Positions 11,901 to 23,822 of a stretch of 64,000 nucleotides of DNA are shown one piece after another. The notes under the pieces were generated by a model that worked only from the letters and a program-made list of their open reading frames with translations, made no database searches and had not been told where the DNA came from. Made by a program: the position numbers and the translations under genes. This DNA is from Azolla caroliniana (lineage: Eukaryota; Plantae; Polypodiophyta). Position 1 is the stretch's first letter; each line of letters begins with the position of its first letter. The stretch spans positions 14,384,001-14,448,000 of the forward strand of contig JBHGNT010000005.1 in assembly GCA_043228905.1 (NCBI GenBank). Reading direction: 5' to 3'.

Positions 11901-13200
11901 TTTTTAGATAGGTTTTTTACAGGTAGGGGTTGTGATAGCCCGAACATGAAAGAAAACCCCGTAAATAATAATGTAAATAAAGACATTCCTTCTACAATCT
12001 CATCTAGTGGTGCTACTTGTATGCTAAAAGTAGATAATAATAAAATACAAAATGCTTCCGAGTACTTAAGTGTTCTGGATAAATAGATGATGATGAAAAA
12101 ATTCAGGATATGTTTGAAGAATTAAGTTTTGAAGATACAATAACTCATCTGGAAGCAATGGAGGACGCTAACAAAATCCAAGTTCCTGTCCATTCGATCA
12201 AGATGTACGAGGTCATTGAAGAAGTTGCTCGAAAGGATCATGAGGCACATGTCCTTACAAAGTACAAAACAGTGGAGAAGAAGGTTCGTCCTATTGCTGC
12301 TCCACTTCCAAGGGATAGTGAAAGGGAAATCAAAGAAGCAGCCACAGAGCCAATGATCAAAGACCCACGAAAGGTGGAACATGTATTTACTCCAGAAACA
12401 ATACAAGGGATGAAAATAGGAGGGGGTGACTTCCTATTACCAACTGAAGAAAAGCAATTCAGAGATGTTAAAAAGGCATGGAAAGGCGTTCGAATTCCAA
12501 CCTGAGGAAATAGGGTGTGTGGATCTAGGAATAGTAGAGCCCATGGTTATATTCACTATCCCGCATATTCCATGAAATTTTAAGCCAATACCAATGTCCA
12601 GGGCTAGAATCCCTCAACTATTAGAACTTCTGAAAGAAAAAATAAGGATGGGTATCTTGGAACCATCGAACGCTCCTTATTCGAGTCGATGGTTCATTGT
12701 GTTAAAGAAAGATAGGCGACTCCAATTTATCCAAGATATGCAACCCGTAAATAAGGTAAACATCCGAAACTCAAGATTAGGACCAATTGTGGATGAGTTT
12801 GCTGAGATGTTTGCAGGAAGAGCTATATATTCAATGCGAGACCTTTATTCTGGGTATGATCAATTTCAACTTGCTGTCAAAAGTCGAGATATTACTTCTA
12901 TCAAGAGACCTAGAGGGTTAGTACAGATGTGTACCTTCCCGCAAGGAGTGACCAACTCAATGGCGCATATGATGAATGGAATGAACAAGGTACTTCGTGA
13001 TTTTATTCCTCACATTACAATGCCTTTTTTAGATGATGTTCCGATTAAGGGATGCAAGGAGGAAGAGAAGAATGAGGAACTGGACGAAAGTGGTTGCCGA
13101 CAATTCGTGGCTGGCCATATCAAGGATTGTGAGAAGATATTATCAAGGATGGAAGAAGTGCATTTGACCGTATCAAGGGCGAAGTCAATATTTGGGGCAA
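8991..13200 (+). mobile_element. Phygy-like Gypsy element C (5' LTR 8991-9784, tRNA-Trp PBS 9789-9806, decayed gag-pro-RT, 3' truncated)
   Basis: TGTCGT...CGACA LTR; PBS TGGTGAACCCGATGTGAA; CMWCDNINHQKKDC knuckle; IDHGSEIN protease; DLYSGYDQ and PFLDD RT motifs. Confidence 0.88.
9053..9214 (-). promoter_or_regulatory. Two tandem degenerate tRNA-like A/B-box modules in the C LTR
   Basis: Minus strand reads TAGCTTAATGG...GGTTGAAGT and TTCTTAGTGG...GGGTTCAAGTC, within an ~106-bp duplication. Confidence 0.55.
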
Positions 13201-14200
13201 GTATAATTATGAGCCCGATGCAGAAGCACATATATATGCTTTCCTTACGACATGATAGGCCAACCATGTATCTCAGAGATTGTCAGAGGCCAATGCTGAC
13301 AAATCGAAAATCGTCGAATTTGGATTGTCTCTTGGGCAATCTACTAATACTCACAACATCAAGAAGGTGAGTTTGGGTATTTTAAACTTAATACCAAATT
13401 TATTAGATTGTTTCATAGACAAGTTCCATAGAGGGAACTTATGAGTCGGTTTTATGCAATATCTCAAGAAACTTGGAGATTGTACCACAATTTATAATTC
13501 GGTTTCAAAATCTTTAGAGGCAGTTAGCACGTCAACCTCCTGAAGACGATGCAAAAGAGACTTTCCTGTCTGCTCTCAGGGACCCAATTCGAACAACCTT
13601 AGAGGTGTGTTGGGATTTCGGTCCCTCCGGATGGGATGATGAAGGCCTAGTGAGAACCGGATGATGTGTACCCGGCAAGGAAGACCCGGTGAGAACCGCT
13701 CACCAGATGAAGGGACATAGATGTAAATATGTTTCTGTTAGCCCATTGTGGCTATATTTGTAAATAACCCGAATGTCATATTAGTATAAATATGACCTAG
13801 GGCAAACACTATTGTGGTGTTGTTGGTCATTCTTTGTGTTGTCAGTGTACTGTTGTACAGAACATAACAGAGAGAGAGAGATAGTGAGAGTGATTCTCTG
13901 TTGTAACCGCCTTCACGCGAAGAGAGTGAGCACGAGGTCGTTGCCTCTGTGCCCCCTGTTGTATTCTTTTGACATAGTGATAGTTTGGAGTCTGGGGGCT
14001 CCTGTGGTTTTTCCCTCTCAGGGTTTTCTACGTTAATATATTGTGTACTTTCTCTCACTTATGTGTATTCATGCATTTACCTTTCATTGCCCATTTCTTT
14101 TGTGTTTGATTATCATTAAGTGATCGAAGTCTCAGTTGTGGCCGAAGATTATTCCGCATATTCTTGTGAATCTGGTATCAGAGCGAAACGACACAGAAAA

Positions 14201-17200
14201 ATGGAAGATTTGTTGGGAGGCATGTTCAAGCTCACCGGCTCCAACTACTTAGTGTGGAAGTCGAAGATGAGGGACATGTTCGTGGTTAAGGATCTTTGGT
14301 TTCCGGTTCAGTTCAGGTACAAGAGACCGGACAAGATCAATGCCACAATATGGGAGGTGATGCACATGAAGACAACGGTGTACATACGGTGCTTCATTGA
14401 CATGAGCTTGTACAACAACTTTAATGAGGAAAGCAAGGCTCATGAGCTCTGGGAGAAGATCGCCATTATATTTCAGAACAAAAATGTTGTTAATCAGGTT
14501 TTGGTATTTCAGAAGTTGGTGAGGCTTCGGTACCAGGACGGCTCCAGTATGGCGGAGCACATGAATGCCTTCCAGGGGCTGATTCACCAAGAAACCTTGT
14601 TGGAAGTACCTCTCGCTGATGAGGTACTTGCTCTACTCCTGCTTGGTTCCCTCCCGGATAGTTGGGAGACATTAGTTGTCACTTTGAGCAACACCGGGCT
14701 GAAAGGAAAACAGTTATCCCTAGCAAGAGTCAAGTTGAGCTTGCTAGATGAGGAGGCGCGTCGGAAAGACAAGGATACGATCTCCAACTCCAAAGCGCTC
14801 CTTACCGAATTGGAACGCAGAAGACAAAGGAACCGTAGTACCCAGAACCGGGAAAAGTCGGGGACACGGTCAAAGTCAAGGGGGAGGCCTACTTGCTTCT
14901 ATTGCAGCAAGCCGGGACACTTCTAGAAGAACTGTCGGCACTTCTGTAAAGACAAGGAAACTGATAGTACTGATTCGAAGCAGTCACCGGGCCGGAACGG
15001 TAAAGACCGGAGGGAACCGGACCGGAAGGGAACGACGGCAATCGCGGCAACTGAAGAAGAGTTGATGCTTATCACCGAGGAGAGTGAGTTAAACCTTGCC
15101 GGCGACGAGACACCGTGGGTTGTCGATTCCGGAGCGTCGTTCCACCTGACCCCAGACCGGAAATGCTTCTCATCCTATATAGCTGATGAGCACGGCTATG
15201 TCTGTATGGGAAATGAAGGGACATGCCAAATTATCGGCATAGGATATGTGTTGTTGACGACATCAACCGGATGCAAGCTACTGCTAAAGGATGTCCGACA
15301 CGTTCCGGAGGTTCGCCTGAACCTAATATCAACCGGTTGGCTAGACGATGAAGGCTACACGGGTAGCATCCGGAACCGAGTCATGAAGTTCAGCAAAGGG
15401 AGCCTAATAGTGGCTCGGGCCCGGAAAGTCAACACTCTGTACCTAATGAATGCCCGGTTATGCCCGGAAGAAGTGAACGTTGCATCCGACGTTGTCGATG
15501 AGCTGTGGCACAAGAGACTGTGTCACATGAGCGAGAAGGGGATGAAGAGGCTTACCAATGACAATCTCATTCTGGTGAAAGACGTGCATCTTGAGAAGTG
15601 CACCGACTGCCTGGCCGGTAAGCAAAACCGGACCTCCTTCCGCTCAAGGCTACCGATGAGACATAATCCACCATTGGAGCTGGTGCATACTGATGTGTGT
15701 CAAGTGGACACGAAGTCACATGCCGGATCACAGTACTTCGTGATGTTCATAGATGACCACAGCCGGAAACGGTGGCCACACCGCTGAAGACAAAGGATCA
15801 AGTGTTATCCATCTTCAAGGAGCTCCACGCGAGAGTGGAAAGAGAAACCGGTCGGAAGCTGAAGGCGGTTCGAGCAGATAACGGAGGAAAATAGCGGGGG
15901 CAGTTCGAGAAGTACTACTGCTTGAAGGGAATCCGGCTCGAATTTACCGTGCCGAAGATGCCGGAACTCAATGGGCTGGCCGAGAGGATGAACCGGACCA
16001 TAATGGAGAGGGTCCGGAGTATGCTAGCACATGCCAAGTTAGCCAAGACGTTTTGGGCTGAGCCACTAACGACAACGACATACATGATAAACAGATCACC
16101 CTCAGTACCCTTGGACGGAAACACGCCGCAAAGAGTGTGGACAACTGTCACAAAATGTGAATGTCAAGCTTTGAACTCATGACCTTCAAACAATGGTCTT
16201 ACACTTCAACCATTGCACCAACTCATTTTCATTAATAAATAGATTTTCATATTATTATTATTCAAGAACTCTAGAGCACTAGACACATTAGATGACCGTC
16301 AAATGGCATGCACCCTGTACGCCAAGTGGCGCACAACATGTATGCCAAATGGTGATCATGCACATTCTGATGTACAGTATATAAGTCGAAGATCTACTTA
16401 GTGTTGAACCGTTCCGGTTCAACACCAGTCTTCAGCAACCTTGTAATCTTGGTTTCCGGTAATAGAAATTCTTGTATTTTTGTCTTGTAAACGTCTTCTC
16501 GTTTGTTATTATCTTCTTTTCTTCCAAATCAACCTTGTCTTCGAAGCTTGGGTCGCGACAACAAATAAGGAAGTGTCTTACCGGCATCTGAAGGTGTTCG
16601 GGCGTCTCACTTACGTGCATGTTGCAAAGGACCGGAGAGCAAAGTTGGATCCAAAGTCCCGGCCATGCATATTCCTCGAATACGGAGATGATGAGTTCGG
16701 CTACCGAGTGTGGGATCCGGTCGACAAGAAGGTTTTCCGGAGTCGAGATATTATCTTCATGGAGGACAAGACCCTTGCCGACTGGGAGTCAGAGAAGAAG
16801 ATAGTGAACTCCAAGTCAACCGGTAAGGATTGGTTCGATGAGATTCGGACCTACCCGGGTAAGAGTCGGTTGACACTCGAAGAACCGGCTGGTTACAGAG
16901 AGGACACCGAACCAGCAGAAGAAGAAGAGGAAGCAGAAACCGGAATCGGCGAAGATCCCGAATCAGATTCGGATGAAGAACAAACAGAGTAGCCGTTTGC
17001 CGGAAACCAAGGACGCAGATATCCTCTCAGAGAGAGAAGGTTCCCCTGGAGATTTCCGGATCCAGAGCATGTACTGCTAACCGATGAGGGGGAGCCAGAA
17101 AGCTTTGAAGAAGCTAAGAGAGACACCCACAGCCGCAAGTGGTTGAGTGCCATGTAGGACGAGATGGATTCCCTACATGAGAACCACATGTATGAATTGG

Positions 17201-18663
17201 TGGAGTTGCCGAAAGGAAAGAAGGCACTCCGAAACAAGTGGGTGTACAACCTGAAACCGGGAGATGTCGGCAACCCCCCGAGATACAAAGCCAGGATCGT
17301 GGTGAAGGGGTTCCAGCAGAAGAAGGGCGTGGACTTCGACGAGATATTTGCCCCGGTAGTAAAGAGGACTTCCATCCGGACGGCGTTGAGCATAGCGGCA
17401 AGCATGGATCTCGAGGTAGAGCAATTAGACATGAAGACGGCATTCCTCCACGACGACCTCGAAGAGGAGATCTACATGCAACAACTGGAGGGATTTGTGA
17501 AGAAAGGGAAGGAGCACCTAGTTTGTCGGTTGAAGAAGAGCCTGTACGGACTGAAGTAGGCTCCCCAGCAATGGTACCGGAAGTTCGACTCCTTCATGAC
17601 CGATCAAGGGTACCACAAGACGTAGGCCAATCACTGCATATTTGTGACGAAGTTTGAAGGTGGACACTTCCTGGCACTCCTCCTGTACGTGGACGACATG
17701 TTGATCGTTGGACAAGACCAAGTCAAGATACGGACGTTGAAGAAAGCTCTGAACCGGACCTTCTCAATGAAAGACTTGGGTCCGGCAAGATAGATACTGG
17801 GGATGCATATCATCCGGGACCACTCGAAGAAGCAATTGTGGTTGTCACAGGAGAAGTACATGACAAAGGTGGTTCGGCAGTTCAACAAGTCAGATGTGAA
17901 ACCGGTCGGATCGATACTCCCAGCCAACTGTAGGTTATCCGGTAAGCAAAGCCCGAAGATGAAGGCAGGGAAGGCGGATATGATGAAGATACCATATACC
18001 TCTGCCGTTGGGAGCTTAATGTACGCAATGGTGTGTACCCGACCGGATATCGGATACACAGTCGGAGTGGTGAGCCGGTTTATGAGCAATCCCAACAAGG
18101 AGCACTGGAATGCAGTAAAATGGATACTCTGATACTTGAAAGGCACCTCAACTGTGTGTCTCCAATTCAGCTCCGGTAAACCCCAACTTGACGGTTTCAC
18201 CGATTTGGATATGTCGGCTGATGCGGATACCAGCTGGTCAACATCGGGATATGTTATGACATATGCAGGGGGATCTATTTCGTGGCAGTCGAGGTTGCAG
18301 AAGACAGTTGCGTTGTCAACCACGGAGCCGGAGTACATGGCGGCTATGGAAGCCGGGAAGGAAATACTATGGATGAAGGACTTCATCAAAGAGCTAGGGA
18401 TCCGGCAAGAGGAATACCAGCTCTATTGCGATAGTCAAAGTACCATCCACCTTGCGAAGAACACTACGTATCATTCCAAGACGAAGCACATCCAGCGGAG
18501 GTACCACTGGATCCGGGAGCGAGTGGAAGATCTAGAGTTTGTGCTGACGAAGATCCACACGGAGGAGAATGGGTCAGACATGTTGACCAAGGTGTTGAGG
18601 CCCAACAAGCTGGACGCATGCCGGAAGCAAGTTGGACTAACCAGACATCCCATGCCAGAGTGA
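14201..18663 (+). pseudogene. pol: Copia gag-pol polyprotein of K, with stops, frameshifts and a solo-LTR insertion
   Basis: CFYCSKPGH, WVVDSGASFH, LWHKRLCH, NGLAERMNRT, YKARIVVKG, LYVDDML and KTKHIQRRYH motifs. Confidence 0.93.
16146..16560 (+). mobile_element. Solo LTR inserted in the K integrase
   Basis: TGTCAC...GCGACA ends; TSD ACAAC/ACAAA (one mismatch); removing it restores RVWTNKEVSY. TATATAA near 16378; antisense A/B-box at 16163-16220. Confidence 0.85.
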
Positions 18664-19429
18664 AGGGGGAGTTTGTTAGGATTTTGGTCCCTCCGGATGG
18701 GATGATGAAGTCCCAATGAGAACCGGATGATGTGTACTTGGCAAGGAAGACCCGGTGAGAACCTCTCACCGGATGAAGGGACATAGATGTAAATATGTTT
18801 TTGTTAGCCCATTGTGGCTATATTTGTAAATAGCTCGAAAGTCATATTAGTATAAATATGACCTAGGGCAAACATTATTGTGTTGTTGTTGGTCATTCTT
18901 TGTGTTGTCAGTGTAACTGATGTACAGAGCATAACAGAGAGAGAGAGAGAGAGAATTGTGCTTTCAACAGGCAATTCAATGCACTACAGTCGAATGCACA
19001 CTGGGAACACATTGCCCAATTTTCCATTCAAAGGCACATACTATCGACCAGTGTGAGTATAATCTTCTGAATAAAGCGGCGACTCTGATACAAAGGATAG
19101 AGCTTCAGGATGATGTCCAGGAAGATAGGAATTGGAACCGATTCTGGGATGATGATCAACCGCATTATGATGACCGGTATCAGACGGACAAAAACAGACA
19201 CGACGATTATCAGCGAGATGATCAGTATAGTGATTACAAAAGGGAGGATGATTGTCGCGATGACTACTATAGGGATAATCGTAGCAGGTATGACCATGAT
19301 TATTAGCCAAGAAATTATAGAAATGACCGGAGGCCATACAAAGGTCATGGTTATAATGATGATCGGCATAGGAATGAGAATAATCGACAGAATACTAATG
19401 ATAATAGACGACCCAAAGGATACCCAGAG

Positions 19430-20028
19430 TCAAATGGTTGGAGTCGAACAAGTGTGAAAGAGAGTCGGAGTCGGAGTCGATAATAATAGGAGTCGGAAAT
19501 GTGAACAAGAGTTGGAAAGGCAAAAGGACATGGATAGAATCGGAATATGAAAAGGACGGAAATTTATATAATGGAAAATGTAGTTTGCCAAGTATAAAAT
19601 ATAGTAGTTAGTTAGAACAGTTTTGATGTAATTCTTGTTGAAAAAGGCAAGTGTAATCTTGGAAAGAGACTCTCCGATTACCTATAAAAAGGGACCGAAA
19701 GCACTGTAACATGATCGTTCTATTTTGGAGTAATATAAGTTTAGTAGTTATTGTATCTATTGTGTCGACTACATTGTGTCATGTCTACTAATTGTTTCTG
19801 TGTCGAACATTCGCATACAATCTCTGCTACAACATTATATTACAACAAGTAGTCGATCATCAATACATGTTAAACATAATAGTTATTCTCTATGTATCAA
19901 TCTCTGGTCACAGGACTAGTGTCGACCTATCTAATTCCATACCTCAATCATCTTAACCTAACGTTTGAAGTCGACGTTCAACCTATTGTGTCTATCGGTT
20001 ACAGATGTCGGCTGTCAGCGGGTCAACA
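19430..20028 (+). repeat. LTR remnant of another family
   Basis: CTATAAAAA near 19682; ends GGTCAACA directly before RT sequence; the left boundary is uncertain. Confidence 0.55.
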
Positions 20029-20340
20029 TTGATCTACTCAAAAACTCAAGAGGAGAATGATATACATGTTCACCAAGCTTTGCAGTGGTTGTAGGAAAAT
20101 GGTCTCTATGCAAAATTGGAGAAATGTAGTTTCAACCAATGTCAAGTCGAATTTTTGGGGTACATAGTCTCTTCAAATGGCATCTCTATGGATCCATCAA
20201 AGGTTCAAATAGTTTTGGATTGGCAAACACTACAGTTTGTGCGAGATGTACAATGTTTTTTGGGGTTCACAAACTTTTATCACAAGTTCATCAAAGATTA
20301 CTCAAAGATCATATTGCCCCTCACTCAACTAACACAAAAG

Positions 20341-20830
20341 AATCGACCATTTGTATGGAGTACAAATGCAAACTTTGCATTTGAGGGTTTAAAGCAAGCA
20401 TTTACATCTACACCAATTTTGATGCATATTGATCCAATGAAGCGTGTTAGACTCAAAGCTGATGCATTCGACTTCGCACTAGAAAGCGTACTATCCCAGA
20501 TTGGCGATGATGACCAACTGCACTCTATGGCTTTTCACATACTAGAAATCAACTATGAGATTCATGATGAAGAGCTTCTTGCCAGAATCGACCATTTGTA
20601 TGGAGTACAAATGCAAACTTTCCATTTGAGGGTTTAAAGCAAGCATTTACCTCTACACCAATTTTGATGCATATTGATCCAATGAAGCGTGTTATACTCA
20701 AAGCTGATGCATTCGACTTTGCACTAGAAAGCGTACTATCCCAGATTGGCGATGATGACCAACTGCACTCTATGGCTTTTCACACACTAGAAATCAACTA
20801 TGAGATTCATGATGAAGAGTTTCTTGCCAT
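20341..20830 (+). repeat. 245-bp tandem duplication within RNase H
   Basis: AATCGACCATTTGTATGGAGTAC at 20341 and 20586. Confidence 0.9.
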
Positions 20831-22699
20831 TGTGGATTCTTTTCAACAATAGCGTCATTTTTTGGAGGGTTCTTCCCAACAAATTATTGTCTACAATGAT
20901 CACAAAAATAACATACTTCCAAAATGCTCAAGTCTTAAGTCGTTGACAAGCTCCTTGGGCGCAATTCTTAACTCATTTTTATTTCATAATTCTATATTGC
21001 CCTGGGATGCAACAAGGAAAAGCATATGCTTTATCTCAACGTTCGTATATGCAACTTCAACCATGAGAGGCTGCATTTGAAAGTTAGAAGCAAATCCTCT
21101 TAGGTCTTGATCATCTACAACTAATGACAAATCATACTATAAACACACCTAGAGATTCAAGTCTTCTTGATTCCATTCGGGAACCATATTATCCCATATT
21201 GTGCTTCCTGCTCATAATCTCAAAATCCTCGTCAAGACTACACCAACTTCAATTGGCATGATGGTTTACTTTTTCGGCAAAATCTCTTGTATGTGCCTGA
21301 CGGTCCTTCTCGACTCCAAGTCTTGCAACAATGTCATGATACACCAATGTCTAGACATTTCGGTATCCACAAGACTTTCGAGTTAATTTCTCGACGATGT
21401 TGGTGGCCGTGACTTCGTCATTTTGTTATGGATTATGTTCGTAATTGTGATACATGTCGTCAATCAAAAAAACCTCAACATCATCCATATATGGCTTATT
21501 ATAGCCAATGCCTATTCCTAAGAGCCCATGGAAATCTATTTCATTGGACTTCATTACGGATCAACCACCTTCCACGGGTTTTGATTCTATTCTCATGGTA
21601 GTAGATCGTTTTACGAAGATGGCTCATTTTCTTCCATGCACGAAAGCTATTACTAGCCAAGAGACAGCCAATTTACTCATGCGGGAGGTGTTTCGGCATC
21701 ATGGTCTTCCATATGATATTATCAATGATCGGGGTACCCAGTTCTATCTCAAAATTTTGGCGGCATATGTTCAAACTCTTACATACTTCTTGCAAACTCT
21801 CTTCTGGCTACCATCTAGAAACTAACGGGCAAACTCAATGCACCAACCAAACAGTAGAGCAATATCTTCATTGTTTTGCCAACTATCAACAAGATGATTC
21901 GGTTGATCTATTACATTTGATGGAATTTTCTTATAACAACTTAGAACATTCTTCTACTAGATATTCTCCATTTTTTGCAACCATCGGGTACCATCCTCAT
22001 TGGACAATGCTTGACCATCCCGAACTCCCAACAACCTGGCTGCTAAAGATCGACTCACTTGACTCCAAGAAATTCAGGATATCCTTTCGCATCATTTATG
22101 TGATGCTCAAAACACTCAAAAGAAGGTTGTCGACCATTATTGACATGATTCATCGACTACGTTTTAAGTGGGAGATTGAGTATAGCTCTTACAAGGTAGC
22201 ATTAAAACCACCATACCTTGCTACAATCTGGATTAGCAACGTTTTGGCCCATATATGATCTCTGGTAATGTCAATGATGTGGCATTTCGCCTTGATCTTC
22301 CTCCTTATATGTGTCTTCACCCAGTCTTCCATGTTTCACTTTTGGAGCCCTAAAAGGGGGGGATAATGTCATGAAGACATACATTTTGGTTTACAAGGAT
22401 TTGAACCCACAACTTCTTGGTCTATGTGTTAAACCTTTAACCATTATAATAACATATATCATATATAATTTATATTATTAGTTATTATAAGATATTTAGA
22501 ATATTCTAGAACATTCTAGAATATTCCATGTTTATCTTAAATAGCATAAATATCTAAAATATTCTAGAACATTCTAGAATACTCCATAAGGACCTATAAA
22601 TAGGTGTCTATTCATTCATCACAACTCATTCGGTTCAACACCAATATTCACCCCTTAGCCTACTCTTTGTAACCCTTGTTCTCTTATAATACAAACTCC

Positions 22700-23822
22700 T
22701 TCTCTTGAATGTGTGGAAAACTTCAAATATCTTGGCCTTGAGGTTCCTTCAAATCATAGATGGAATGAATGTGCTACACGCCGCTTAGAGGCGGGTAAGC
22801 GAGCATACTATGCATTTGAGAACACATGCAATCTTGGAGATATTAAGTGTTGGGTCCTCAAGAAATATCTTTTCGACACTTTGGTGACACCGGTTCTTCT
22901 CTATGGGGTGGAAGTATGGGGCGGTAGCATCCCTAAATCTATGTGGAAAGAGTTTGAAAATGTCCAAAAACATTTTCTTACAAAGTTTCTACAAGTTAAG
23001 AAACAAACTCCCTACACCCTCCTCCTCCTTGAGACGGGATCGCTTCCCATTGAGATCATGGCCATGGAAAGGGTTGTTGAATACATGCTTAAGGTTCAAA
23101 AAAGTCCCTCACATCGACTTCCTAGAATTGCATGGGAAGCAAGCAAAAAGATCCAAAAGACGCATAAAAGCAAAATTTTGTGTTCCGGTTGGATGCAAGA
23201 TATAGAAAAATGGTTTGGTAGATGGGATGCGAGACACTTGCTTGATGATGCATCATTAGATTCCTCTGTAAATGAGGCCTTTTTGCAATGCCAATGTATC
23301 ATGACATGGGACAAATGTGGAGGCTCACGCTTCACACATTATACTACACATGTTGCACCTAACTACAAAACCATATTCTTTGCGGAACGGGGAAATCGTA
23401 CACATCGATCCATGTTAGAGCCCATACCGTTATCTGTCATTCGAACCATTGCTTCCATGCGACTTAGCTCACATGCATTGCGATGTGAAACAGGGCATTG
23501 GGGCACAAGTGATGAGAGTGGTCGGGCTATGCACACTTTTCCCTAAACAAGTTCGTGAGTCTGAGTATCACACTTTGATACAATGCTCTACCTTTGATCA
23601 TATTCGACCATGCTTTCCACATCTCTTCAACCGAGCCCAATCTTCGCATGAATTCCTCTCACAACCACAATGTGCACTCTCGATTGCAACATTCATTGGT
23701 AAAGTTCTTGAACATCGAGAGTCACTACTCACTTTCACACGTATCACGTGAAATGTAATATTTTTGGTCTCATAGGTCATATTTGACCTCCGAAGACAAT
23801 AATATAATCTATCTATCTATCT
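22700..23822 (+). mobile_element. 5'-truncated non-LTR retrotransposon (RTE-X/CR1-group-like ORF2 C-terminus) with a (CTAT)n tail
   Basis: FKYLG, LFDTLVTPVLLYGVEVWG, RLSSHALRCETG and ESEYHTLIQC motifs; ends in tandem CTAT repeats. Confidence 0.8.

Larger units (their letters stand above)
13608..18955 (+). mobile_element. Copia (Tork/Tnt1-like) element K: 5' LTR 13608-~14170, Met-i PBS ~14173-14184, PPT 18661-18673, truncated 3' LTR from 18674
   Basis: Matching LTRs TGTTGGGATTTCGGTCCC / TGTTAGGATTTTGGTCCC; PBS TGGTATCAGAGC; gag-PR-IN-RT-RH domain order. Confidence 0.95.
13210..19430 (+). pseudogene. Fragments of another Gypsy gag (13210-13607 and 18956-19430), split by Copia K
   Basis: Left part reads like gag (PDAEAHIYAFL, VPQFIIRFQNL, AKETFLSALRDPIRTTL). 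Right part has Cys/His residues and Arg/Asp/Tyr repeats. Confidence 0.5.

Noticed and set aside
17631-18389. Long antisense ORFs over RT regions (also 4450-5070, 36817-37512)
   Set aside because: Shadow frames of sense-strand retroelement coding sequence.
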